Below, piece by piece: positions 13,527 through 26,659 of a DNA stretch of 62,379 nt. The stretch's first letter is position 1, and each line of letters starts with the position of its first letter. The stretch is from Welwitschia mirabilis. Taxonomy: Eukaryota. The stretch covers positions 19,671,376 to 19,733,754 of the forward strand of contig JBOZIK010000001.1 in the NCBI GenBank assembly GCA_051453625.1, read 5' to 3'. The notes beneath the pieces were generated by a model. That model had not been told where the DNA came from. It made no database searches and worked only from the letters and a program-made list of their open reading frames with translations. The translations under genes and the position numbers were made by a program.

Positions 13527-14575
13527 CTAATCAGATTGCTCCTCCTCTTCTTCTTCTTCTTCTTCTTCAGAGTCTTCCTCTAAATCTTTTCCATTTTGTC
13601 CCATGCATGATGAGCTACTGGTCTCTACTAAAGTATTAGTGATGTGATATCCAGTTGCTATGAGTGATTTCTTCATGTGTTTAATATGGGAATCAATGCA
13701 TCTCAGATATGAGAGAGTCTCATCAGGAAAGGTTTTCTTGGAGAGGTTGACTTTGAAGATTTCTTAAAGGTGATAAAGATGTGTATAAGAAATAAATTTG
13801 CAAGCCTAATAGGTGTCATAGGCTAGAGGGTTTCTAGTTTTGGATGGAAGGTTACACAAAAATGATGGCACAATTTTGTTATAAGAATAGAGTAGGGTAA
13901 TGCCCTAGTCCTGTGATACTCTAACTGAGAGACCATATTATTTAGTATAATAGCAGAAGCATTAATAGAATTCTCTGTCCCTACCAGATACATCAAATAG
14001 GCTCTATAACTAGAGGCCTCATCATGATGCCTAGCTAAAAGTAAAAAATTATAAATAAAAATTAAGTGAAGAAAGCAATACTTTGGTGTCAATAAAGAAG
14101 TAGAAAGAGTGTATTTCTAAGAGTGAAATTTACCATAGATATCTCTGGTAATAGCATACTTGTCTTCCATGATGTCTTGAAAAGGCTAAAACTCTTCATA
14201 GTTACCTCTGGGTAGATAAGTTAGATCAGAAATAAGATTTATAGTTAATCTTAACTGCTTCCCTAAAATAAGGACTTCAATGGTTTTAGAATCAGAATCA
14301 TAAGAAGCATTACTGTAAAACATGAAAGTAAGAAATATATAAGCAAAGCCAAAAACATCTATAAAATAATCAAGATTCTAATTTCTTAGAAGATGAATAA
14401 CATCCATGAGCTCTCTAAGCTCTAACATTGCTAAAAACCATTCTTGGTACACTGGCTTCTTCTCAAACTTCTCTGAGAACTTATCAACATATTCCTCAAA
14501 CATTCCATGATAGAAAAGAGAAGAATCTCTTGAAGGAGCTTTTTTAACTCTCCTCTTGGATGATATTTCAACCAG
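13527..14575 (-). pseudogene. Extra (env-like / 'putative plant transposon protein') ORF of element C
   Basis: Contains FYSNASY...ILGKQLRLT and IILNNM...ALPYSILITKLCHHFCV (ORF 13823-14092) with an acidic poly-E tail. Lies between the protease and the PPT. A diverged 5' part recurs at 15891-16134. Confidence 0.65.
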
Positions 14576-15009
14576 TTATAAGACACTAGAAGTAAGAAAT
14601 CTAAAAGAAAAATGCTAGATCTGGAATAAAACGCTCTAGATATGAGAAATGGAAAAGACTAGAACACAAAGAAATTAATTTAGAGATCTTCTTCTTTTAT
14701 AGATAAGGAAAAATAAGGTAAAATGAAGAAACAAATTGAGTCCACTAATGGTACTTTCATACTATGATCTATTAGATCTGATCAACCGCTTGAGATTCTA
14801 GTTGACCAATTGAGATGCAAGTCTACAGTATAGGAAGAGGTCTAACTAACTGGGCTTTCAGGCTGGTGGTCGGTCGTCCTACAGTCAGCCAAAGAATGGT
14901 AAGTAAACCACTAGTTCATTTTTGTGATTAATAAATAAATTCCATAAATAGGGTTTTACTTTAAAGTTTTTCAAAAAATATCTAGACTTATCAAAATTTA
15001 AGCTAATGT

Positions 15010-15790
15010 TTCTATTTTCCATGTTGTAGTTTGTATAATTTAACTGATTACTTAAATAAGTATCTATTCTATAGATATTATCTCTTTGTTTTGCAGTAAG
15101 AATAACAACATTGGTTTTCACATCTACAATTTCACATTTCAATTTTCCAAAAATTACTTTGTGACCTTTATCACATAATTGATTAATACTCAATAAGTTA
15201 TGTTTCAAACCATTCACATAAAGCACATCATCAAGTTTAGGTTACTTACCTCCTTTGATGCATCCTGTACCTTCTATCTTTGCCTTTTTATTATTTTCAA
15301 AAATGACATCTCCCTCATCAATACTCCTAAGGTGTTGAAAGTTTGATCTTTCTCCAATCATATTCCTTAAGAATCCACTGTCTAGGAACCAACTGTTTGT
15401 ACTTGATCCTTTGAGAGCTATCTGTGTTAGAAAACTTTTGAGATTGTTATATTTTACCCACTTAATCTTATTAGACTTTAGGTGATACACTTCTTTTAGG
15501 AATGAATTTAAATGGTAAAGAATTACAGAATCTGAGAAAAGCATTAATTTTATAATATTGCAAAATAGCTTTGAATGACCAATTTTACCACGGAAGTTAC
15601 ATAAAACTTTAGAAGTATACTTACATTGCCTATTTACCTGTTCTTATGGAATTTGTGAACTAAAGTCGATACCTAATTTGTCTCTAGTAGGTTTCTACAC
15701 TCCAAGCATCTGTTCCAATTTAGAAAAACTACCAGAAAATTTATTTACAAAGAAGGAGAGAGCTTTTACTTGTGACAATAGATTGGTGTT
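15010..15790 (-). pseudogene. Second copy of element C gag C-terminus and protease
   Basis: ORFs 15242-15544 (NSWFLDSGFLRNMIG) and 14885-15226 (LYVNGLKHNLLSINQLCDKG) are copia protease-region motifs. The DNA aligns with 16690-17450. Confidence 0.85.
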
Positions 15791-16689
15791 NNNNNNNNNN
15801 NNNNNNNNNNNNNNNNNNNNNNNNNNNNNNNNNNNNNNNNNNNNNNNNNNNNNNNNNNNNNNNNNNNNNNNNNNNNNNNNNNNNNNNNNNAGAATGGATA
15901 AGTAAAACTAGAAACATCTAGAAAATAATCAAGATCCTAATTTTTCAAGAGCTAAATGGCTTTCTTGAGATCTCTAAGTGATAAGGTTATCATAGACTAT
16001 TCTTGATACAAAGGCTTCTTATTGAACTTCTCTAAGAACTTATCAATATCTTCCTCAGACATTCCATGATAGAAATGAGTAGGATCTCTTAACAGAACTT
16101 CCTTAGCTCTTCTTCTTGATAAGTTTTTAGCCATTTCTAAGACCTTGAAAGTAAGAAATCTAAAAGAAAGATACTAGATCTAAGAGAAAAGCTCTAAAAC
16201 TAGAAGGACAAACTCTAGATCTGAGAGATACAGAAGGTTAAAACATAAATAGATCTATTTAGGGATCTCTTTCTTTTATAGATAAAGTGAAATAGGGTGA
16301 AATATATTTAGGGATCTTTTTTTTTATAGATAAAGTAAAATAGGATGAAATAAAGAAAGAAATCGGGTCCAATGATGATACTTCTACACTATAATCCATT
16401 AGGTCTGGTCGACTGATTGAGGTTTTAATTAACCCATTAAGATGCAAGTCTATAGTACAAGAAGGGATTCATGTGACTGGGCTTTCAAGCTAGTTAACTA
16501 ATCACATCTAATCAACTAAATCATAAATCTAGTTGATTGTCCTACAATCAGCTAGAGGATGATGAGTAAATCCTCATTTCATTTTTTTAATCAATAAGTA
16601 AATTCCAAAAATGGGATGATACTTTAGAGTTTTTTAGAAAACATTTAGATTTATCAAAATTTAAGCTAATGTTTCTATTTTCTATATTG

Positions 16690-18710
16690 TAATTCATATA
16701 ATTTAACTAATCAATTAAATAAGTATCTATTCTATAGATATTATCTACTCATTTTGTAGTAAGAATAACAACATTTATTTTCACATATACAATTTCACAT
16801 TTCAATTTTTTAAAAATTATTTTGTGACCTTTTTCATACGATTAACTAATACTTAATAAGTTATGTTTCAAACTATTCACATAAAGCACATCATCAAGTT
16901 TAGGTAACTTACCTTATTTGATGCATTCTATACCTTTTATGTTTATCTTTTTATTGTTTCCAAAAAATGACCTCTTCCCCATTAATACTCCTTAGGTGTT
17001 AAAGATTTAATCTTTCTTCAGTCATATGCCTTAATCATCCACTGTCTAAATATCAACTATTTATACTTAATCCTTTGAAAGCTATTTGTATTAAAAAAAC
17101 TTTTGAGATTATTAGCTCTTACACACTTAGTCTTGTTAGACTTAGATGGTACACTTATTTTAGAAATAAATTTAAATAGTAAAGAATTTACAGAATCTGA
17201 GAAAAGTATTAATTGTCTAATCTTGCAAAAACGTTTTGAATGATTAAATTTACCATAAAAGTTACATGAAAGTTTAGAAGTATACTTACATTGTCAGTCC
17301 ACTTGTTTATGTGAATTTTATAAACTAAAACCAATACCTGACTTGTCTCAGCAGGTTTTCAAACTCCAAGCATTTGTTCCAGTTTAGAAGAACCACCGAA
17401 AAATTTATTTACAAAGAAGGATAGGTTTTTACCTATGATATTAGATTGGTGTTGTCAGATTTTAGCATATTATACTTCATTTACATTTCCTCCTTCTCTT
17501 TGGTGAGAGTATTTACTACTCTATTCAGATTATTTATTCTTTTAGCTAGCTTTTTACATTCATTATATAGTTCTAGATATCTATCTTTTAACTCATCCTC
17601 TTCTTTATTAACTATGTATGAATCATCAGGCTCTGCCGTACTAGGTAAGTTTTTGAGAGAAGGCACAATTGCCATGAAAGACAACCTTCTATATCTATTT
17701 TATTTTTGATCTGAATAGCTGTCATAATCATCATCATCATTGTCTCATGTGTAATAAAAGAGGAATTTTTTGTTTATTATTATCTCGTCTTGTGTTAGGG
17801 CACTTATTTACCATATGAACAAATCTTTTTTATGAGTAGCATTAGATTTTTTAATCTTTTTCTTGATCTTTTTTGTGTTTTAGATATTCCTCTTTAAGTT
17901 TCTACTTAATTCTCCTCTCTTTTTCTTTTTATGTATAAACTTTCTGAACCTTCTAGCTAGAAGAGCCACTTCATGATCATCCAAGTTCTCATTTGATTTT
18001 TTAGATCTGTAGTCTTCTTGCACACATTTTAAAGTAATACCTTTCTTCTTATCTATGACAAATTTAAGTTCTTAGGTATGCAAACTACCTTTTAGTTCTT
18101 CTAGCTCCATTGCATATATGTTCTTGCTCTCATCGATGGCTGTGATCTTTAGTTTGAATCTCTTAGGTAAAGATCTCAAAACTTTCCTCACCGCACTTCC
18201 TTCATCCAAGCATTCTCTAAGGCTTGCCATAGAGTTTATGATATAAGTGGGTCTAGAAAAGAATTCCTGAAAATTCTCCTCTTCATCCATATGAATGTCT
18301 TCAAATTTTAAAATAAGCATTTAAAGTTTTGCTTACATTATAGTTGAAGTTTCTTCTTATGCTACTTCAATAATGTCCCAAGCTTCTTTAGCATGATTAC
18401 AGTTTACTATGCACTTAAACTCATCTGCACAACCTGCATAAAATATGGCATTAAGAGCATGAGCATCTATGATGGTTTTTGACTTATTAGTAAAGGTCCA
18501 CTAATCTCAATAGTTAGGAACTAAGATAGTATTATGGTTGGAATCCATTTGAGTTGATATAGGCATAGTATAATCTTTATAAATGACTTCCTCTATATTG
18601 GCATCTAAAGATCTAAGAAATATTCTCCTTCTAGCTTTCTAGTAAGCATAGTTTAATCTTTCATATATGGATGTATGACTAATTAAAAAACCATCAGATG
18701 GATTACTCAT
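16690..18710 (-). pseudogene. gag: Element C gag (UBN2-type) and protease, decayed
   Basis: ATG at 18710, then NYAY*KARRRIFLRSLD. ORF 18072-18320 gives KFEDIHMDEEENFQEFFSR...VRKVLRSLPKRFKLKITAIDESK...ELKGSL. Protease remnant YLDSG*LRHMT at ~17020-17053. Confidence 0.85.
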
Positions 18711-18775
18711 TATAGGGTTTTAAAGTCTAGACCAGTTAAAATCTAAATAAGACTTAATTTAGCTTTAATACTAAT

Positions 18776-20377
18776 TGATAGATTTAAGAACCCTAGAGGA
18801 TGGATGAATAGATTCTTAAAAATTACAACAAGATATTCTAAATGAATCAAAGATATATCAAAAATGGGCATAAAATAATTTACTAATTTAAAATGTGCAT
18901 GAAAAGAAAAGCTAATAGAAGTATATAAATAAACTAATTAAAAGCAAAAAATACCAAATAAATGCATGTAGGATTTATATAGTTCGAAAAACCCCCTACT
19001 TCACTCTCAACGATCAGCCTATCACCAATCTTGATCNNNNNNNNNNAGGTATTCTAGGTTCACTTATAACCGTTACAAACAGACTTTTCCATGCTTCATC
19101 TCAAATTTGAATGGACTTTTTTAGGCTTATTTTTAGCCTTTGAATGGACTTTTCTAGGCTTATTCTCAACATTTGAATAAACTTTTCAAGGCTTAGTCTT
19201 AACCTTTTACAATGTAGAATAGTGATGCAATGATACCAATATGCATGGATATTACTCGTTCTTGATACAGCAGATTTGATGGAGCTCTTCTCATATAGAT
19301 GTATAATAGATAAAGCACTAGATATGGCCTTCAATGTAGAGATAATATAGATAATAGATATTTTTTAGCTAGAAATACAAATGCCAAGACTCAATAGTGA
19401 ATATCACAAGATTACAGTGCTAGTTTCTTAGATCCAAAAGATTAACATAATTGAAAAAGGTTCCAAAGAATTCTATAGTTATCTATATCTTAGATATTTA
19501 TATTAGAAGGCTTTTAGGATTTATTACATTTGAAAATGTTCTTCAAACAGCTATAAATGGCTAGAAAATGGTTATCTAATGGATACAAAATAGATATAAA
19601 ATTTTAATTCCATTTTATCTGGTTGACACCTCAAAAGTCTAGTCGACCCCATCTGGGGCAGTGGTTTAAACAAGTCACTCAAGTGAAAATTTTGGTCACA
19701 ATAATTTCTTATGACTTCATATCTAGTTGACCCCATCTGGGACAGGTTGACCCCAGTCTAGTTGTCCGCTATAAAATTTGGTCGCTCGCTTGTCCTAGTA
19801 AAGATCTTTTCAATTTCCAGCATTAGGTCTAGTTAACTTCTTTAAGTATCTGGTCGATCCCATGATGATTGGCTTAGGAGTATCAGCTACATAGTACTCA
19901 AGTCTTATCAACCTCATCATAGGTCTAGTTGACCCTTATCAATTGGTTTAGGAGTACTATTCCTTGGCTCATAGATTCAGTTGACCCCATCATAAGTCTA
20001 GTCGATCCCTTATCATCTAGTCCAACTTAGGTCTTCAAATATAGTTAACCCCATAAATGTTTGGTTGACCCCTTGCCATTTGATTCAAAGAAACTAATTC
20101 TCGAGGTTAGAGATCCAGTTGATCCCATTAGAAATCTAGTCGACCCTTCTGAATTCAGTTCATTTTGTCTGTCTGCTTCTGATGCGGTCGACCCCTTAAA
20201 AGTCTGGTCAACTCCTCAAGAGGGTAAATGAACTTAATAGGCTTTTAGTGCTTAGAATTTAATGGTTTTGATTTCATCTTTAGACCTACAAGTGATTAAT
20301 ATCTTCTACACACAATACATAAAATTTGCTATATAAAATCATTAGTTTAACATCAATTAGAAAAACATCATTTAACA
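18776..20377 (-). repeat. 5' LTR of element C
   Basis: Homologous to 11256-12899, next to the PBS. Confidence 0.85.
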
Positions 20378-23300
20378 AGAATCTAATTTTATTATAATTG
20401 ATAAAGTTAGAAAACATAATGATGTAATATATTATTTGTTATTACTTTTTTCTTCTCTTGATAATCTTTTAATTAATGATTCTTTTCCTAATGAATAACT
20501 TTTATCATCTCTTCTACTCATACTTCTCCTTGGTATGCTAACATAGTGAATTATCCTGTTATCATGAAAACACTATAACATTAGAGTCATAATTAAAGAA
20601 AATATTTTTTTATAAGATTAGTAATTACAAATGGAATGAGAGACATATTTACCATAGGTGCAAATATCAAGTCATGCGAAATTTTGTGCTTAAATGGAAA
20701 TAATTAGATACCATTAACCTTTACCATCATGATATATGTAGAGGGAATTTTATAGGATAAAAAATTGCAATGAAAATTCTTTTCTCTAGTTTTTATTAGC
20801 TTAGTTTTTTTTATGACTCTTTTGACTTTGCTAGAAAGTATGATGTCTAATAATGCTATGGTAGACTTAGTCATTCTCATCATATACTACTTAAATCTAT
20901 TCTAGAATGTGAACACTTTAACTATTAAGGAATTAATTTTAAGGCCCTATTAAATCATCTTCTCATGATAAGTACTATTACTTAGTGGCTATTGATTATA
21001 TTATCAAATGGATTGAAGCTATTTCTACTATTATAAATGATATCTGAATTATTTCTAATTTTGTTTAAACTTATATCTTTTAACATTTTGATTTTCCTAG
21101 AACTATAATTAGTGATCAAAGAATTCATTTCATAAATTATCTTTTTAGAAGACTTCTTTTATTCATTGGAATTAAACATAGAGTTGCTTATGCTTATCAT
21201 CATCAATCTAATGATTAAGCTAAAAATACAAATAGAGAAATTAATAAAATTCTTTTAAAACTTGTTTCCCTTAATAAGAAATCTTGGGATTTTAAGCTTA
21301 ATGATGTTTTTTGGGCTTACTGTACTACTTGGGATAATTCTCTTAGTTTTTCACCTTTTGAACTTATGTACCAAAAAATTTGTATATTCCTAGTTAATGT
21401 TTGTTATAACTCTTATCATTATACCCATCAACTTAACCTGGTAGTCTTAGATGAAAATCTTAAAACTTGATTAGTTTAAGTTTATCACTAAGATGAAAAA
21501 CGTACTGCCATACATCATCAAATTGTTTGTAAAACTAGAGCTAAGTTCAAACATGATAAAAAATTTAAACTTGGTAAACTTATTCTTTTATACAACACTC
21601 AAGTACATATTTTACATAATAATTAAGCTCTAAATGGTTAGATCCTTATCTTATTAAAAAGTACATTCTAATCACTTAGTTAAGATTTTTAACTTAAATA
21701 CTAAGGAGATTTATAAAGTTAATAGACAAAGGTTAAAAATATATCAAAAACCTTCTGATGCAACCTTGAACATAATAGAATCANNNNNNNNNNNNNNNNN
21801 NNNNNNNNNNNNNNNNNNNNNNNNNNNNNNNNNNNNNNNNNNNNNNNNNNNNNNNNNNNNNNNNNNNNNNNNNNNNNNNNNNNNNNNNNNNNNNNNNNNN
21901 NNNNNNNNNNNNNNNNNNNNNNNNNNNNNNNNNNNNNNNNNNNNNNNNNNNNNNNNNNNNNNNNNNNNNNNNNNNNNATAAGATTTCTTTAAATTTTTTT
22001 ATTCCTAATAAAACCAAATATTTTCCAACCTCAGTATCATTCTTTAAATGGAATTTATATTTGGAATTCTTCATCTCATGCATTTAATAAGAGATTATTC
22101 TTTTAGAAATTATATAAACTTTTTATCTCTTATATTGCAAACAAATTTTGTGAAGCTGAAATATTACCTTGTCATGCATATGTGCCCTTTATGTTTTATC
22201 AATTTGTCTCTATTTAGTTTAATCCTTATTTTCTGAGAAAATACAATACACTAGGACCTAAATAAATTATTTTTCCTTTTCTTTAATTTCTTGCAAATAA
22301 AGTGTTAAATAGAATTTAGTATTTGAACAAAACTTGTTTTTAGTTTACTTTGGTATTTGCCTTTGATTTTATGATTATTATGGTTTTATCTTAAGTTCTT
22401 TTATTTTTAATAAATTAATCTCTAGATGATTAGGTTCTTATCTTTTAGAGAAAGTACATTTTTATGGCTCAGTCGAGATTTTCAATTTGAACACTACAGA
22501 AATTTAAAAAATTAAATAAAATTTAAAAATCCATGTATTATCGAAAAACCTTGAACATGATTAAAAACAATTATTTTGAAAGTTCTCCTACTAGTATCTG
22601 AATTCTTTCTTAGCTTATTCTTTTGGAGGACATCATGCCATTACTTAGATATCTTTAAAACTTAACTAATGTTTCATTTATAAAGTTACCATGACTAGCA
22701 ATTTTTACTTAGGCATTTCAAAAGTAATAAGATTGGATTTACCTAATATTAAGACATTTAGATGTCTATGAACTTCATTTTAAAGGAAGATGCTTTTTTT
22801 TTGTGTGTGTGTATTTTCTCTTAATGGTATGAGTTCTTGGTTGTTTAGCAGTGTTCTTTTTTTCATCTTATTTATTTACCTTCATCTTTATGTGTATGTG
22901 GTCATGTAAGATTTATTTTGAAAAATGTATTAGAAAAAAGTGAAAAAAAAGAAAATAAAAGAATAATAACCATGATCTATTATTTTTGTGCTAAATACAT
23001 AATCATCATGACGTCTAATCACATCAAGGTAAATTTTCCCAAGAGAATCCTTTGGTAATGTTGGTAGCTATGAGAACTCCACTAGGGGGTTAGTTATCCA
23101 TGCCTCATAGGTTTTCTGGTTGCACTTCCTTTATTATGGAATTATAATAAACAATTTAAGGCTATGAGATCAGTGGTTTTCCTGATGTCATTAGAGGCAT
23201 TTCTTATTTCTTAGGCTTTTAGTATTTTTATGTGATCATTTCACTTTTGAGTATTTGAGTGTACTTTAGGATGTTAGCAAGGGAGTTTATTTCTAAGTAG

Positions 23301-24789
23301 CTTTTGATCTTATCATTCATTAGTTAGCATTAGATATTTGGTATCATCATAATCACTACCTTATTGAGTAGAACTTTGGAGTTTATATATCTTTTAATGC
23401 ATCATTAATCAAGTAATTTTATTATTTCTATCAAGTGAGTTTTTTAGGTTCGGATTTAGGGTAGGCATACTAACTTCTTCATGTTCATAGCTGGGCATTT
23501 TCATTTTGTTTCTTTTTTGAAATTATTTGGTTTATTATTTTAAAGTCATTTCCTTACTTTTTCATCATTATTTTTAAGACTTGATCATTTAATACTTTTC
23601 TTATTATTGTTTTCATTTTTACTTATGTTATTTATTAATAAAAGTTAACTTTATTTTATTATTTTGATTAGATGTTATTTATTTTGGTTCTAAATGATGT
23701 TGCTTTGAATCTTTCAAGCTTGACACATTTTCATGATCACTATGAGTTTGAACACATTCGTTGAACTCCTTTCATCATGCTTATTTCTACTTGGTACATT
23801 TTCATGATCTTATTTTTTCTCTTACTTTGAAATCTCCTCATTTTTTTAGCCTTATTCAATATAATCCTTCATTATTTCCCATCTTTCATATTGTTTGATA
23901 ACTTTGTAATGCCTTCATGATGCTATCCGAGCCTAAGTTATTTGGCTAATACTTCCATTTTTTTGAGATTTTTAAAAACCTCGTCACCTATTTGGTCATC
24001 TAGATGACTAGGCAAATAATAGATTGAAATTTTTTCAAGAATTATCCTAAGAATTTCATCTAAATGATGCAAGTAATGATAGCATGATAAAATAAAAACT
24101 TAAACTCTTTTTCATTCTTTTTCTTAATTCTGATACCTTTTCTCTTCATTCTCTCAAGAGGTACTCTACACACTTAGGCCCATCATTGCATTGACACCTT
24201 ACCCACTCAGATTCTACCCCTAATTGCATGATTTCACTAAATTTTTAAAAATGAGGTATGTTTCTCTCTCATTATTATTTTATAATTTTTCTCTCAATGT
24301 AGTTTTCATGTATAATGTATAGTTTTTCAAGATCTTCAATTTGGAATAAACAAATCTAATTTGTACTATGTATTTTTTTGCAAAATCTAAATGTATGCAT
24401 TTTATGAGATAGAATTAGAATTTTATCTTTAAAACATGTTTTATCTCACATTCTTAACTAAAATGTAGTAATGCTTATAGTCAAAATGATCAATGTGATG
24501 AGCTCTACATTCTATTATATTAGTTTTTCCATTTGATCACTTTTATTTTTCATCTTTTTTGAGGTCCACCTATTTTATCTTTTTGATTTTCTCTTGTGTT
24601 TTATGCCATTCATTTGCACATTTAGATAACATGAGATATATTGGATTTCTTGAAGGGGAGCAACACATATTTTTACAACTTTTACATAAAAACTAATTAA
24701 CAAGGGTTGTTTATAGGCTTTCACAAGATATGTTTTTGTGATTTTACTTTATCATGCGTGATGCACATTATAATGATATTTATCAAGCC

Positions 24790-26122
24790 ATGCATTTAAG
24801 GAGCCAGAGAGGTAAAGCTAAAGCCTAAGCTCTTAGCCCAAGAGGTAGGTTCATTAGTACCACTGATGATTGAGTAAGCAGATCAAGTGCATTCACCATC
24901 TCGATAGGCTTGTTCTTTCTTATAAAGACCACATTCATCCATGTAGAGATACATTTTAGCATGATTTTATGAGTAGAGTTGAGCCCAAAATTAACTAAAG
25001 ATTAATTGACCTATAGCTTTGATGGATTATAAATGCACATGAAGTTTATTATGCATTAGAGATAAAAGAGTTTTATGATACTATGTATAACAAGTAAAGA
25101 CTTTATGATCATCATTGGAGAGTAGACGAAACCAGTCGATTCTATTTGGTCCAAAGTCTAGCAGCAGACTCTTATGTTCCTTTAATATATAACCATTACT
25201 ACCATTCATAGCCACAAGATCTTCATCCTCCTAGGTCACATTACTATAGCTATAGAGTTAGGTGTCCTAGGCAGCACACATATACACTCTAGTAGTAGTA
25301 CGAAGGAGCATCAAGCCTATGGCATCATTTTTTATATATTAGCAGATGATATGTGAGATAGGCATGGAGTTTTGGTTACACATTTTTCACCCACCTATAT
25401 GATTTTGCATAGAGGACTGATTCATAATGTTAGCCTATATTTTCATGATAATCATACTATGATGGCCTATTTGCATATTTTGACACTATTTTGATAAGGT
25501 GAGCAAGTGGATTTATTGACATTCATAGGGAGGAGACTCAATATAATGATAGATGCTAGATAGATATATAAATTGAGATATTCATACCTCCTATTTGCTA
25601 TGTTCTATTGCTTTGGCATACCAGAGCTTGTAGGCAAGTAGTAGCTTACACATTTATAGACATCAGCTCCATACCTATAGGACATGGACATTCAGATTCT
25701 AGGAGAGGCTGATAGACCATAGTTTCTAAGACTTGCAATGGATATCACTCTTGATTAGATATAGGCTCTCCTAGTAGAAACATTTCGAGGGATTAGAGAA
25801 ACTATAGATCAAGGTTTTACAAAGTTCCAGTAGAGGATATCTACTATAGAGTAGATGATGATCTCCATTAAGTAGACAGTTTCTAGCACTGAGTGATAGG
25901 TACATCATATTAAGGAGTAGTTGATAGAGATCCATGATCAAGTATTATACATCAAGAATGGATTTTTGGTGGGTATCCCAAAGATAGTTTAAGTATAGGG
26001 AGATGAGACTATATGATCCATCACAATAATTATTAGCACATATTTATCTACTAATCTTAAGCGTTTTCCTCCTTCTTCATCTGCACTTGAGGCCATCAAA
26101 CTTGAGTTTATTATTTCACCAT
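24790..26122 (+). pseudogene. Extra 3' ORF (Athila env-like) of A1
   Basis: Higher-GC block between integrase and PPT, translating in part to EQVDLLTFIGRRL...LRYSYLLFAMFYCFGIP. Homologous to 37690-38869 (-) in A2. Confidence 0.6.
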
Positions 26123-26659
26123 GAGGGGAGTAAATCATTTTTGTATTGTATTATGTATCTTATTCTTTTGTAAATTGTACTAAAAACTCTTAATTTTTAT
26201 ATATACATCATTTTTGAGTTATCATTATTATATACATTTTTATTTTTGAGATATCACTATGCACATCATTTATATTATTGAGATACTTTATTATGATTTT
26301 TATGATGCTCAATGATTATTTTCATAATGATAAAAAATTTTTAAGTGAGTTACTAATAATTTAAAAGCATTTTAATGTTTACTTTCTGATGAACTTTTTG
26401 TAGGTATATGTTTTACAAGCATAATTTTTTAGCCTATTATCTCCTCCATCTTGTAGACAATGCATAAGACAATAGCACATCCACTGACTTTACTAAGATA
26501 AAATTTTAGTTATTAGTCTATGATATTTTTATCTTTCATGAAGAGATTTAAAAGTTAATTTATAGTTTTCTAATTAATTTTTACTTTAGTAATTTTGGCT
26601 CACAATTGTAGATGTTTACCTAACTTTGCCTATGATTGATAAGGTTAAGGAAAAGGCTA

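Larger units (their letters stand above)
11256..20377 (-). mobile_element. Sirevirus (SIRE)-like Ty1/copia element C lacking INT/RT/RH, with an env-like ORF and an internal duplication
   Basis: ~1.6-kb LTRs 11256-12899 and 18776-20377. PPT AAAGGGGGAGAT at 12900-12911 (-). Decayed PBS TAGTATTAAAGCT at 18761-18773 (-). U5 motif CTATTCAC..CC..CTCTAG. Copia-type gag and protease. No clean TSD (ATAAA versus AGAAT). Confidence 0.85.
7050..21783 (+). pseudogene. gag-pol: A1 gag-pol polyprotein, decayed, interrupted by element C
   Basis: gag LFPITLKGKAKLWL (~7596). Protease ALIDLGVIVNIM (~9153). RT WRMCINFRNLN, FLNGYGNYNHV and FIDNF (10228-10551). RNase H CNASNITVGGIL and NYTTTEKEILAI (10994-11140). 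Integrase resumes at 20378 with AYHHQSN (~21192) and WLDPY, a GPY-like motif (~21634). Many stops and frameshifts. Confidence 0.9.
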
